Assembly (NCBI GenBank): GCA_016181965.1
Contig: JACOYH010000008.1
Location: 1 to 46,169 of the forward strand
Length of the DNA: 46,169 bases
Direction of reading: 5' to 3'
Source of the DNA: Candidatus Nealsonbacteria bacterium
Lineage (GTDB): Bacteria; Patescibacteriota; Minisyncoccia; Minisyncoccales; MHMH01
Part shown: piece by piece, positions 26,514-35,470 of the stretch
Layout of the letters: the number at the start of each line of letters is the position of its first letter
How positions within the stretch are numbered: position 1 is the stretch's first letter
The notes under the pieces: model-generated
What the model was told of the DNA's origin: nothing
Database searches by the model: none
The model's input: the letters and a program-made list of their open reading frames with translations, nothing else
Made by a program: the position numbers and the translations under genes

Positions 26514-26774
26514 CTAATTTTCTTCAAGGATTTTAAGTGTTTCTATGACCGACGGGTTGTCTGTGGGCAGATACTTTATGCGATTTCCATACATATTTTT
26601 TAGCGCAGTGAAAAATTCATCCGCCCAAGATGGCGAAAGAGAAATAACGCCGGCAAAATCAATCTCCACCACTTCGGCATTCGGGTCAAGAGTCGGACGA
26701 ATTGCCGCAAACGCCTCCTTTCCAGCAGGACGCGAGGTAAGCACTTTTCCGAATTTTTTAAGCTCTATTCGCAT
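26514..26774 (-). CDS. STAS-like DUF4325 domain protein
   Basis: MRIELKKFGKVLTSRPAGKEAF..VVEIDFAGVISLSPSWADEFF matches the DUF4325 pattern. Start taken at the internal ATG. Confidence 0.6.
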   Translation of the reverse strand: MRIELKKFGKVLTSRPAGKEAFAAIRPTLDPNAEVVEIDFAGVISLSPSWADEFFTALKNMYGNRIKYLPTDNPSVIETLKILEEN

Positions 26775-26780
26775 AGTTAA

Positions 26781-26830
26781 ATCTACCAAAACTTGTCAAT
26801 ATCTACCAATGCTCTACCAAAATCTACAAA
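26781..26830. repeat. Four direct copies of ATCTACCAA-like 9-mers (minus strand TTGGTAGAT)
   Basis: Copies at 26781-26789, 26801-26809, 26812-26820 (CTCTACCAA) and 26822-26830 (ATCTACAAA). They lie immediately upstream of the DUF4325 gene, with a TTGACA among them. Confidence 0.8.
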
Positions 26831-26832
26831 AA

Positions 26833-27585
26833 TTATCCTTTTTTCCTTACCGCTTCTGTATAACTGCAATAATCGCAATTGGGGCTGGCGCCGGGAATTT
26901 TATCGCCGTTGAGGCAGTTATGAATATCAGCAATTGTTTTACCTATCCAAGAGTCATCGCCCTCGTAGGCAATCAAGCTGACCCTAAACTCCAATTTTTG
27001 GTCAAAGGCCTTGGCGTCGGCAATGCCGTTGCAGTAGACAAAATAACCGGTATCTGAAACCTTATAGCCATTTCTTCGTAAAAGCCACTGATAAACTTCC
27101 ATTTGCCTTTTGTAGCTATCGTGCCATTCTTTATCCAGCGCGGTAATCTCCTCGGCCTTGGCCGTTGACTTATAGTCCACCACAATATATTCGCCTTTTG
27201 AATTCTGCCAAAGGTCGTCAATGGCGCCGGAGACCAAAAAATTGGTCGGCTCGTGCAAAAACTGCACGCCCGTAAAATTATGCCTCCATTTGTCCAGGTC
27301 CTTATGGGGCACGGGCCGCGCGTCAACTCCATATTTTTCAATCAAAGGATGTTTTGTGCCGTTGGCCCGGTGCGTGTCAAACTCCTGCTTCAGCAAAGCA
27401 TCAACCGCCGAATTGAGGGCAAAGGGAAAGCCCGGCGGCCTAGCCACTCCCAGCCGCCGGTCATAATAAAAACACCTCGGACACTGCGAAAACAAATCAA
27501 TCTTTGAGCGCGACAGCTTAAATGGTTCTATCGCATTGGGATCGTATAATCCCCTCACTCTTTGAGAGTTATAATATTGGGACAT
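26833..27585 (-). CDS. PD-(D/E)XK nuclease, Cas4/RecB-like, with Cys ligands
   Basis: GAIDDLW, VVDYKST and QMEVYQ motifs. An N-terminal CPRC plus C-terminal C..CDYC suggest an Fe-S or Zn site. Confidence 0.7.
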   Translation of the reverse strand: MSQYYNSQRVRGLYDPNAIEPFKLSRSKIDLFSQCPRCFYYDRRLGVARPPGFPFALNSAVDALLKQEFDTHRANGTKHPLIEKYGVDARPVPHKDLDKWRHNFTGVQFLHEPTNFLVSGAIDDLWQNSKGEYIVVDYKSTAKAEEITALDKEWHDSYKRQMEVYQWLLRRNGYKVSDTGYFVYCNGIADAKAFDQKLEFRVSLIAYEGDDSWIGKTIADIHNCLNGDKIPGASPNCDYCSYTEAVRKKG

Positions 27586-27622
27586 AATTTAACTTCTAAC
27601 TTATGACGCATCATCATTCCTT

Positions 27623-27997
27623 TTATATCAGCTCTATCCCTCCGCCCGTCAAAAAAATGGCTATATTGGAAGCCAAAATTATGAAGTCCAGCTCCCAGCC
27701 GCCGGGCTCTGTGAATTTCTTTTTCCAAACGAAAATCTTAAAGTATATTGCTCCGGTCATCACTGCCGCCAAAATAAGAGCGGCCGCTTGGGTGTAAAAT
27801 CCCAAAATAATGGCAATTGCCGACAAGGGCTCCACTACAGACAAAGTCCTCATTATGCCTTTCATGCCCGGCTTCTCTGGAGAGGGCCCCCAAGAGCCGA
27901 ACTTGCTGGTACCGTGTACCAGAAATATTATGCCGACCGCCAATCTCAGCAAAAATAGACCGAGGTCGCTAAATTCCGCCAATTGTGGGAATATCAT
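27623..27997 (-). CDS. DoxX-family membrane protein
   Basis: LGLFLLRLAVGIIFLVHGTSKF and four TM segments. Confidence 0.75.
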   Translation of the reverse strand: MIFPQLAEFSDLGLFLLRLAVGIIFLVHGTSKFGSWGPSPEKPGMKGIMRTLSVVEPLSAIAIILGFYTQAAALILAAVMTGAIYFKIFVWKKKFTEPGGWELDFIILASNIAIFLTGGGIELI

Positions 27998-28113
27998 AGC
28001 TTATTTTTATTTTAATTATACTCCCTTTTATTTTAACACGCCAAATCATGCCCTCAAGCTCGCGGACGCCCATCGTCCGCAAACGTCTTCCGCAAATCGG
28101 ATAGAAAATAGAG

Positions 28114-28182
28114 TTGACCCCATTTTCCATCACATTTTCACATTTTCATCATTTTCACTCATTTTCTTGACCCCATTTTCCA
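28114..28182. repeat. Two copies of TTGACCCCATTTTCCA enclosing a run of CATTTTC heptamers
   Basis: 16-mers at 28114-28129 and 28167-28182. CATTTTC at 28121, 28133, 28141, 28150, 28160 and 28174. Confidence 0.85.
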
Positions 28183-28213
28183 GTTTTAATTCAAGCTACA
28201 AGCATTATCGTTT

Positions 28214-28636
28214 TCATAGTTTTTCTTGAAAGTTATTTGAGTCCTTAATACCCGCATTTTCAATAAAGTTGTTATAATAGAATATCTGTTTGCCTCGGGT
28301 GATAACTTTATACCTCATTCCCCGTGCCTTACACCACTCTTGCGCTGCGGCACGTTTCGCCTTCGTTGAGCACCAAAATAACAAGGGCAATCCCTTGCCT
28401 TCGTGTAGCTCTTTACTACCATCGTTGTACTCCACAAGAAAATCCGGCAGATAATTGCGCGTAAACAAGCCAAGAAAAGTGTATGGGATTTTGATGCCGT
28501 GTTTTTTTGTCCAGCTTCTTATCGCGGGGTCTTGCTCAAGTTCAATCATATAATCGCGCTCAAGTAATGAATCGTAGGATGCCGATTCCTCGGGATTCTT
28601 TTTCAAACCGCTCAATCTTCCTTTGATGCTGTCCAT
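28214..28636 (-). CDS. Small PD-(D/E)XK nuclease, TnsA-N-terminal-domain-like
   Basis: SYDSLLERDYMIELEQDPAI..YLPDFLVEYNDGSKELHEGKG parallels the TnsA_N pattern S-x-LE .. E-x-D .. Y-x-PDF .. E-x-K. The ATG lies 3 nt after the Res stop codon. Confidence 0.55.
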   Translation of the reverse strand: MDSIKGRLSGLKKNPEESASYDSLLERDYMIELEQDPAIRSWTKKHGIKIPYTFLGLFTRNYLPDFLVEYNDGSKELHEGKGLPLLFWCSTKAKRAAAQEWCKARGMRYKVITRGKQIFYYNNFIENAGIKDSNNFQEKL

Positions 28637-28639
28637 GTA

Positions 28640-30739
28640 TTATTTGTTCGTAAGAATGCCATCAATGAGTTCTGGTTTGAGGAAGTTATCGCGTATTTGT
28701 GGCCATGTGGCCCAAAGAATCTCGAGCATTGGCTTATTCGTACACTTACTGACTTCGCTACCAGCCAGAAAGCGCTTTTTAATGTGGTTTGAAATGACAG
28801 CGTAAATGTACTCTTGTCGGGCATCCGGATTGCCATCATACTCAATCAGTGCGTCTGCGGCAGTTTCAGCCATCTCTTTTAGGATTATACGCTGTAGTTC
28901 GTCCGTGGAGCGTGCGGCAGTAGTTTTAACTTCATCAACTTCAATCGCAGGTATTTCATCCCTATCAAGAGTGTTGAAGCCAGAGTCAAGATTTCTTGAC
29001 TTAATCTGGTTGATTCTTTCTTCTATAGAAACACCCTCCATTGTGTATTCGTACTCATCGAGGTATTTCTGCCATTCTGTGATTGGTTCTCTGGCCTCAA
29101 TAAAATCTGGTACTTCTTTAGCGACTTCGGCCCAGTCGGTATTTTCCATTTCTTCTTTTACCTTGTCGGCAGTATCTTCTTGAGTCGCTTCTTGTGGTGG
29201 TTCTGGGATATTTTGTTCATCAATAATATCTCCGGGGTTAAGAGGTGCTTCATACTTCGCGGCGTCAAGCAAATCCCAAAGCCAATCGTGCTTGAGAATC
29301 GGATGATCTACCACAAATAAGCTTTCCCATCTGTTTTTACTATGGATAATGCGCCTCAAGCCCCGTCCGATTACTTGCTGGCCATATACAGAGCTTGGTT
29401 TTGCGGTCGGATCCCTTTTTGCCACTTTCATGTGATAGGAAAATTTTCGAAACAGGCAAATGACTGAAATATTTTTTACGTCCCAGCCTTCGCGCAACAT
29501 CATAACTGAGATAACCACATCGTAAGGAACATTCTTCATGTCCTTATTAAGGGCCATCGCTGCTTCCTTGTCTTCTTCCGGTGATTTGTTCGTAACTACG
29601 AGAACTTGCTTTTTGAAGGTACTACTGCGCAGAGTTTTTGCGATGTGGTTTGCGTCTTCAATACTGAATGTAACTATAAGCAGAAGTGGTTTGTACTTCG
29701 GTTTACCGTCAGTATCAATCGGCACGGCTCGTTTTTGGTGTTCAAGGCACTGCAATGCCACTTGTAGTAGTTGTACCGATGGCTGATCGTCCATTACATA
29801 CTTTACGGCCGGAACTTTCACCTTTTTGCCGTCGTACGTGCGTTCAACCCAACCTTTTTCGAGTTGCTCCCACGGCACCTCGTCAACGGAATAAATTTTG
29901 CCCTCCTCGTCTCGCCAATTGAGTTTTACCATTTCTATATCCGGCTTGAAAACAACGATGCGTTTTACAACCTTATCTCGCATTGCCTCTCGGATGCTAT
30001 ATTCGTAAATCATTTCACTATCTGGATGCAGGCCGTCGAGTCGCTCTGGTGTAGCTGTTGTGTCAATGCGAATGAAGCGTTTTGGTTCGAGTTTCTTGAG
30101 GAGCAGATTATACTGCTTTGCCTTTGTGTTGTGCGCCTCGTCATTGAAAATCGCTATTTTATCAACATTGCGTTCATCCATCAGAAGTTTGAGATTCACT
30201 TTTCCTTCGTATATCTGATGTACATTCCCAAGAATAATGTTATTCGATATGATGCCCGAGGAATTTGAACCACGCTCCATAACATGCAAACTGAACCGGT
30301 CTTTGAGATAATCGTAGTGATTGAAGAAGAAATGAAAGACGTCGTACACGAATGTCGGCGATGATGGGTCAAAATCATCAACAAGCCGTTGTCGAACGAT
30401 AGTATTTGGTACAAGAATGAGGAACTTGTTGAAATCATGCACGATACGAAGGTAGGCGATAATTCCGCCAATAATGACGGTTTTGCCGCCGCCGGTAACC
30501 ACATCGAGAAGCAGGTCTTTTTTATTTAATACCTCAAAGGCGTAAATACTGCGTAGAATCGCTTGGCGTTGGTGTTTATACAAATCATAGGTTGAGGATT
30601 GCCGAAAGCTATCCGAGGAAAGATACTGTAAGAATTTCCTTGCCTTATCGTTTTTTGCCGGATCGTTAAACACGAATCGATACCCATCCTCGCACCATTT
30701 CGCAAAATCCTTTTCGTGTTTTAAGAAAGTGTTAATCAT
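28640..30739 (-). CDS. Type III restriction Res-like SF2 helicase/ATPase, short and without a recognisable nuclease motif
   Basis: Walker A VVTGGGKTVIIGG, DEAH box IFNDEAHN, and motif VI QVIGRGLRR. Confidence 0.8.
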   Translation of the reverse strand: MINTFLKHEKDFAKWCEDGYRFVFNDPAKNDKARKFLQYLSSDSFRQSSTYDLYKHQRQAILRSIYAFEVLNKKDLLLDVVTGGGKTVIIGGIIAYLRIVHDFNKFLILVPNTIVRQRLVDDFDPSSPTFVYDVFHFFFNHYDYLKDRFSLHVMERGSNSSGIISNNIILGNVHQIYEGKVNLKLLMDERNVDKIAIFNDEAHNTKAKQYNLLLKKLEPKRFIRIDTTATPERLDGLHPDSEMIYEYSIREAMRDKVVKRIVVFKPDIEMVKLNWRDEEGKIYSVDEVPWEQLEKGWVERTYDGKKVKVPAVKYVMDDQPSVQLLQVALQCLEHQKRAVPIDTDGKPKYKPLLLIVTFSIEDANHIAKTLRSSTFKKQVLVVTNKSPEEDKEAAMALNKDMKNVPYDVVISVMMLREGWDVKNISVICLFRKFSYHMKVAKRDPTAKPSSVYGQQVIGRGLRRIIHSKNRWESLFVVDHPILKHDWLWDLLDAAKYEAPLNPGDIIDEQNIPEPPQEATQEDTADKVKEEMENTDWAEVAKEVPDFIEAREPITEWQKYLDEYEYTMEGVSIEERINQIKSRNLDSGFNTLDRDEIPAIEVDEVKTTAARSTDELQRIILKEMAETAADALIEYDGNPDARQEYIYAVISNHIKKRFLAGSEVSKCTNKPMLEILWATWPQIRDNFLKPELIDGILTNK

Positions 30740-30741
30740 AG

Positions 30742-32754
30742 TTATTCCTCAACCTTAAGTTGTATTGATTTTATCGTTTCACCACCAAAGCTGTCCTGTA
30801 CTTTACATGCGATAGTGTAAGTACCTGGCCGTTCAAAGGTTTTTTCCACTTCAAGATCAGCTTCAAACCCATTGCCCTTAATAGCTTTGCGGCGAAGCGC
30901 ATACTCGGGATCAGAGAAGTTGCCACTCGCATAGTTGAAGTCCCACTGGCAGTTAATAAGATTGCCGCCCTCATTTAAGCTTTTGGCAAGTGCCTCAAGG
31001 CGATATGTGAATTTCTTGTCTTTATCTTTCTTCACTATAATTTCGTTGATGATTGGCGATTCCACAAACTGCATCAATTTTTCTTTATCTTCTTCCGGTA
31101 CGCCGTAGGTTGTTGCAATGCGCTCTCGGAATTGTTTGCTGCGTATGGGTATCAACTCAATTTCAAGAACTACTCCTTGCATTTGTAGCTTTTTGAAGAA
31201 GCCCTTAAGAAGTTGGCGACAGTAATCTTTGATAGAAGGATCAAATTGCCAAGCAATTATAGTAAGTGTATAGCGCTGGTTTTTTTGAATATGCTTGCCG
31301 ATAACAGCTTGTACAAATTCTTTTACTCGCTGGACATTTAGTTTCTTATGAGGTGATGCGGGGCCGATAAGTATTGGCTCAAATTGCGTTTTGAATCCAG
31401 TAACGTCATCTTCAACAGTATTTTTGCTTCCACCGAAGCACGTTAATACAAAAGTGTCGAAATCGTCTTGCGAAAGATTGTCAAACTTATCCGTTGGGTA
31501 AACGCCGTGGTAGTACACATAAATGTTTGGTACTTTTCGATCCGCCATAATCTTGCCCTGTACTTTTTCTAATTTTTTTGAGAAGGATGCCTTCTCGCCA
31601 GTCATTCCTTCAGCATCTTTCACAAGGCGATCCGAGGTTACTGATACTGCGACACGCGAAATGTCCGAACCTATAAAGCGACGGCCGAGCTTTTGCGCTG
31701 CCGCAAGCGTTGTGCCACCGCCCATAAAGAAATCTCCAACGACATCGCCCTCATTTGAACTTGCTTTGATAACTCTCTCTAATAGTGCCTCCGGCTTTTG
31801 AGTTGGATAACCTAATCGTTCCTTTATTGCTTCGCCGAAAATATGTACTGGCTTTATGTCATCCCAGACATTATCGATAATTTCTCCTTCTGTTTCGTCA
31901 AGATACTGTTTTCTATCTCCACCAGTCGTCTTTTTTTGAATTCTATAAATTCTTCCGTCTTTATCTTTGTGGGTAAAAAACTGTTTTAGGTATTGTTCAC
32001 GGTATGGTTTATATTGGTGGTTAAATATATAATTTGACGATTTGGAGTAATATAAAATTGAGTCAAATTTTCTTGGAAAGAACTTAGCGGTTCTTCTTTT
32101 CATGCCATGATATTTCCATATAATTTCTCCTAAATAATTTTCGTATCCGAAAATATTATCCATTTCGGTTTTGATATAATGACTCGCGTGCCAATCGCAA
32201 TGTACATAGATTGATCCTGTTGTTTTGAGTACGCGCTTCATTTCCCATAGGCGCGTATTGAGCCAGATGATGTACGTTGGCAAGCCCCCATCCCAGATGT
32301 CGTTGAAGGTGCGTAGCTCGTTATCGTCGCCCCAAACTTGATTATAAACACGGCCTGAGAAAAATGGCGGGTCAATATATATGAGGTCAATACTATTTGA
32401 TGGCAAGCTCCGAAGGATTTGCAAATTATCACCAAAGTAAATCGCATTAAGGGGGTGTTTTTTATTTTTCACATCAAGATACCCGGCATCCCCAAAACCA
32501 AAGCTTATATTGTCTTCCGGGGTCTCGGGGTGAAGAAACGGCAACTTTACGAATGGATAGACGTTATCGTAGCCACGTCCCGCCTCGTATCCCATGGGTG
32601 GACTTGTAGGATCGGGCAGATTGTGGAGTTTCGAGAAGCGTTTGCTTATACTGAAAACTTGCGCTTGCTCAGGTAGAACTTGCGCTTCCGATTCCTGCTC
32701 TATCTGTTTAAGCTCCTCAATTGATTGTGTTTCTGCCTTTGATTTTCTGGTCAT
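30742..32754 (-). CDS. Beta-class N6-adenine (or N4-cytosine) DNA methyltransferase, Type III Mod-like, with a C-terminal PKD-like domain
   Basis: Motif IV LIYIDPPFF precedes motif I GDVVGDFFMGGGTT. The last 77 aa, CQWDFNYASG..FERPGTYTIACKVQDSFGGET, resemble a PKD repeat. Confidence 0.8.
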   Translation of the reverse strand: MTRKSKAETQSIEELKQIEQESEAQVLPEQAQVFSISKRFSKLHNLPDPTSPPMGYEAGRGYDNVYPFVKLPFLHPETPEDNISFGFGDAGYLDVKNKKHPLNAIYFGDNLQILRSLPSNSIDLIYIDPPFFSGRVYNQVWGDDNELRTFNDIWDGGLPTYIIWLNTRLWEMKRVLKTTGSIYVHCDWHASHYIKTEMDNIFGYENYLGEIIWKYHGMKRRTAKFFPRKFDSILYYSKSSNYIFNHQYKPYREQYLKQFFTHKDKDGRIYRIQKKTTGGDRKQYLDETEGEIIDNVWDDIKPVHIFGEAIKERLGYPTQKPEALLERVIKASSNEGDVVGDFFMGGGTTLAAAQKLGRRFIGSDISRVAVSVTSDRLVKDAEGMTGEKASFSKKLEKVQGKIMADRKVPNIYVYYHGVYPTDKFDNLSQDDFDTFVLTCFGGSKNTVEDDVTGFKTQFEPILIGPASPHKKLNVQRVKEFVQAVIGKHIQKNQRYTLTIIAWQFDPSIKDYCRQLLKGFFKKLQMQGVVLEIELIPIRSKQFRERIATTYGVPEEDKEKLMQFVESPIINEIIVKKDKDKKFTYRLEALAKSLNEGGNLINCQWDFNYASGNFSDPEYALRRKAIKGNGFEADLEVEKTFERPGTYTIACKVQDSFGGETIKSIQLKVEE

Positions 32755-32852
32755 ACTATTTTGCGCTACTTTTCTTCAAAAACTTTTCAAAATCGAATCG
32801 TTCAATGCGAAATTCTTTGTCAATTTTTCCTTGAATTGTATTGTTGTCATAG

Positions 32853-33554
32853 CTATTCTTTATTGGGCATATCTTGTAAAAGCTGGGCGGTAAGTGCCTC
32901 TGCCTCCATCCAGTGTACCGTAAGATCAATAAGCTTTTTTAGATCTTGCAGGTCTTTTTGGTCCCACTTCCGCAGATAATGTGTTTCATCATTGCCTAAC
33001 CATGCCGCCCTTTTTGCAACTTCCTTTATGCTTGGATCTTTGATTCGATTCTTTATACACGTAGCTAGGGGTTCGCTTTTGATTTTTTCTTGTTCTTCAT
33101 CTTCCTTCACTTGCTTTAAGAGATAATCCTTTGCGAGAAATTCAAGCGCTTTTCTGTAACCTGCGCCGCATACCTGATCAAGTCCTGCATTTTCAGCGGC
33201 CAAAGATTGGTTGAAAATTCGAGGAAAATCAACCGAAAGGCCTTTTATGGTATTTGAAAATAATCGTTCAGAATAAGTTTTCGGTTCCGTGTTCCTTAAA
33301 TAAAAATCATTTCTGTCGGAACGTTTGGAGTAATAACCAATGAAAATTTCGTGACAATCATTATTTGGGCACCTAAAAACTACCTCTAATGTCTTATCCG
33401 AATCTTCGTTTTTCCTATTGAAAAACCCACCCCACTTAATGGGACTTATTTTTTCATGACATTGAGGACATTCATTGGGAACTTTATCTAGTCTGCCGTT
33501 ACCGCCACTTCTGCCCTCCTCGTCATTAAATTGTATATCTAATATATCACTCAT
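32853..33554 (-). CDS. Zinc-ribbon plus DUF4145 domain protein
   Basis: CPQCHE..FRCPNNDCHE at the N-terminus. C-terminal QSLAAENAGLDQVCGAGYRKALEFLAKDY..AAWLGNDETHY matches the DUF4145 pattern. Confidence 0.6.
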   Translation of the reverse strand: MSDILDIQFNDEEGRSGGNGRLDKVPNECPQCHEKISPIKWGGFFNRKNEDSDKTLEVVFRCPNNDCHEIFIGYYSKRSDRNDFYLRNTEPKTYSERLFSNTIKGLSVDFPRIFNQSLAAENAGLDQVCGAGYRKALEFLAKDYLLKQVKEDEEQEKIKSEPLATCIKNRIKDPSIKEVAKRAAWLGNDETHYLRKWDQKDLQDLKKLIDLTVHWMEAEALTAQLLQDMPNKE

Positions 33555-33691
33555 AGTTTTTACTTAATTGTACATTATAAATCACCGCAGAGCAAATGAA
33601 CCATCGCCGGGCAGTTTTTATTATTTTGGCTTGTTTTTCGAGTAAAAAAGTGATAGAAAAGAAACAAAACGAAACAAAACAAAACAATGCT

Positions 33692-35419
33692 ATGCAGATA
33701 ACGCAGTTACAAATAAAGAATTACAAAAGCTTTGGCGATTCGTCGGATCTTATAAATTTCTATGGTCCACATTCATTATTGGTTGGCAAAAATAATGCCG
33801 GTAAATCTAATATCTTATCCGCCCTCGGTTTATTGCTTGGCACAAAGAATCCGAACTACATCAAATTAGTCAAAGAAGACTTCTTTGATAGCTCAAAACC
33901 AATAAGGATACAGCTTGTTTTAGGAAACTTTACCGATCAAGATAAGCAAGAACTATTCGGATTACCGAATTTAATAAAGCAACAGAGAGGTGCTCTTTCA
34001 AGTAAGAACCCAGAAGACATAGAAATAACTTTTTCTTTTCAATATTCTGTTCAGAATGGCGCAGAAGCAGCAAGTGGCCAAGAAGAACAACAGCAATCGC
34101 AATTTGAGCTAAAACTATGGGGGTTTGCTGTTCGTAGGAAAATCGAGGAAACAAGATTCGCCCTCATTCGGATATTGAAGGTACCTGCTGTAAGGGATGC
34201 GTCAGAAGAATTGGCCGGATCAAAATGGACGTATTACGGACAATTAATGAAATCGATTTTAGAGGACTCTCCCCGTTATGGAGAAGTTAGGGGAATACTT
34301 GAAAACCTTAATGCAAAAATTCAAGAAATTTTTACCGGTCAAAAAACCCATTTACTTTCCGGCGCAAAAGTAGTTTCTTATGTGGACGATATAATTTTTG
34401 AACTTACAAAAGAAGGAGAACCGAGCGAGCTTTTGCGCAATCTTGAAGTTTTCATCAAGGAAGGAGACAGAAAAGTTAATATTCAGAATACCGGTACTGG
34501 CACGCAAAGTGCGGTTATTATTGGAATTTTTGAATTAGCACTCAAAAATAAACCATCTAAAACAAGAGTATTTTGTATTGAGGAACCAGAGGTATTCATT
34601 CACCCACATGGCATAAGATATCTGGGTGATTTACTCAGAAAAATTACTGAAGATGGCAAAACTCAAATTATAGCTTCCTCGCATTCCCCGGCCCTAATTG
34701 CCACGTTTAGCCCGCAAGAAATTATTAGAGTTGATAAATCAGGGGGAGAGACAAAAATATTTCAACCACCTCCAAGCGCTTTAACGGAGGGGCATTTCAG
34801 GAGATTTATTAATTCCGAGAGTGCGGAATTATTCTTTAGCGATAAAGTTCTTTTAGTTGAGGGTGATACCGAGAAACAAGTTTTGCCAACCCTGGGAAAG
34901 ATTACGCCACGAAATATTTCTACTCCACAAGGAGAAAATTGCGACTTTGATAAAGCAAATATAGGGATTATTAAACTGAACGGTAAAGAAAATTTGATGA
35001 ATTTTATTAAGATTCTTGAAGCGTTCAAAATCTCATACTTAGCATTATTGGATAAAGATTTCTTGCAGGGTTCGCAACTTGGAAATATCTGCCAGAAACT
35101 CAACATTCAAAGTTCTAGCAATTCTCAACTTATATCGGAGTTGAAGAACCATAATATAATTGTGAATACGAAGGGAGAAATAGAAGACTTGATTCCCGAT
35201 GCTGATTTAGCAATGATGATTGGCAAAACTGTCCAAGATATTCAACAAATTAAAGTCAGTAGAAAAGCAAGCACCGCATTTTCAGGAGGTATTTTCAACG
35301 TTGGAAAAACTGCCTACGCAATTAAGATTGCTAATTTTTACGAAAGTCAAAATAGAAATCCTATAGCTAATTTAATTAGGAGTCTATGCTTATTTGATAA
35401 ATCATCGATTACCTTTTAG
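33692..35419 (+). CDS. OLD-family ATP-dependent nuclease (ABC-type ATPase plus Toprim)
   Basis: MQITQLQIKNYKSFG..LLVGKNNAGKSNILSAL (Walker A), VFCIEEPEVFIHP (Walker B), ASSHSP, and Toprim LLVEGDTEKQVLP with LALLDKD. Start taken at the internal ATG; the 32 upstream track codons look non-coding. Confidence 0.8.
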   Translation: MQITQLQIKNYKSFGDSSDLINFYGPHSLLVGKNNAGKSNILSALGLLLGTKNPNYIKLVKEDFFDSSKPIRIQLVLGNFTDQDKQELFGLPNLIKQQRGALSSKNPEDIEITFSFQYSVQNGAEAASGQEEQQQSQFELKLWGFAVRRKIEETRFALIRILKVPAVRDASEELAGSKWTYYGQLMKSILEDSPRYGEVRGILENLNAKIQEIFTGQKTHLLSGAKVVSYVDDIIFELTKEGEPSELLRNLEVFIKEGDRKVNIQNTGTGTQSAVIIGIFELALKNKPSKTRVFCIEEPEVFIHPHGIRYLGDLLRKITEDGKTQIIASSHSPALIATFSPQEIIRVDKSGGETKIFQPPPSALTEGHFRRFINSESAELFFSDKVLLVEGDTEKQVLPTLGKITPRNISTPQGENCDFDKANIGIIKLNGKENLMNFIKILEAFKISYLALLDKDFLQGSQLGNICQKLNIQSSSNSQLISELKNHNIIVNTKGEIEDLIPDADLAMMIGKTVQDIQQIKVSRKASTAFSGGIFNVGKTAYAIKIANFYESQNRNPIANLIRSLCLFDKSSITF

Positions 35420-35470
35420 CATATGATCAAACTCTGGAAGTAGTTAGAATAGAACTTATTTTAAGACATT

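Noticed and set aside
26545-27057. 170-aa plus-strand ORF spanning the DUF4325 and Cas4-like genes
   Set aside because: It is antisense to two genes with clear family motifs and crosses their intergenic repeat array. It has no start context and no motifs.
29771-30268. 165-aa plus-strand ORF, plus other 60-140-aa ORFs (for example 4457-4879, 14216-14647, 15911-16267, 20501-20860, 41913-42353, 44149-44583)
   Set aside because: All lie antisense inside long minus-strand genes with strong homology signatures. They are typical shadow ORFs of an AT-rich genome.
32656-32686. Direct repeat AACTTGCGCTT x2 near the 5' end of mod, considered as a phase-variation tract
   Set aside because: There are only two copies at a 21-nt, in-frame period. 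They encode the EAQV/EQAQV motif. This is not a homopolymer or short tandem repeat of the kind that drives Type III mod switching.
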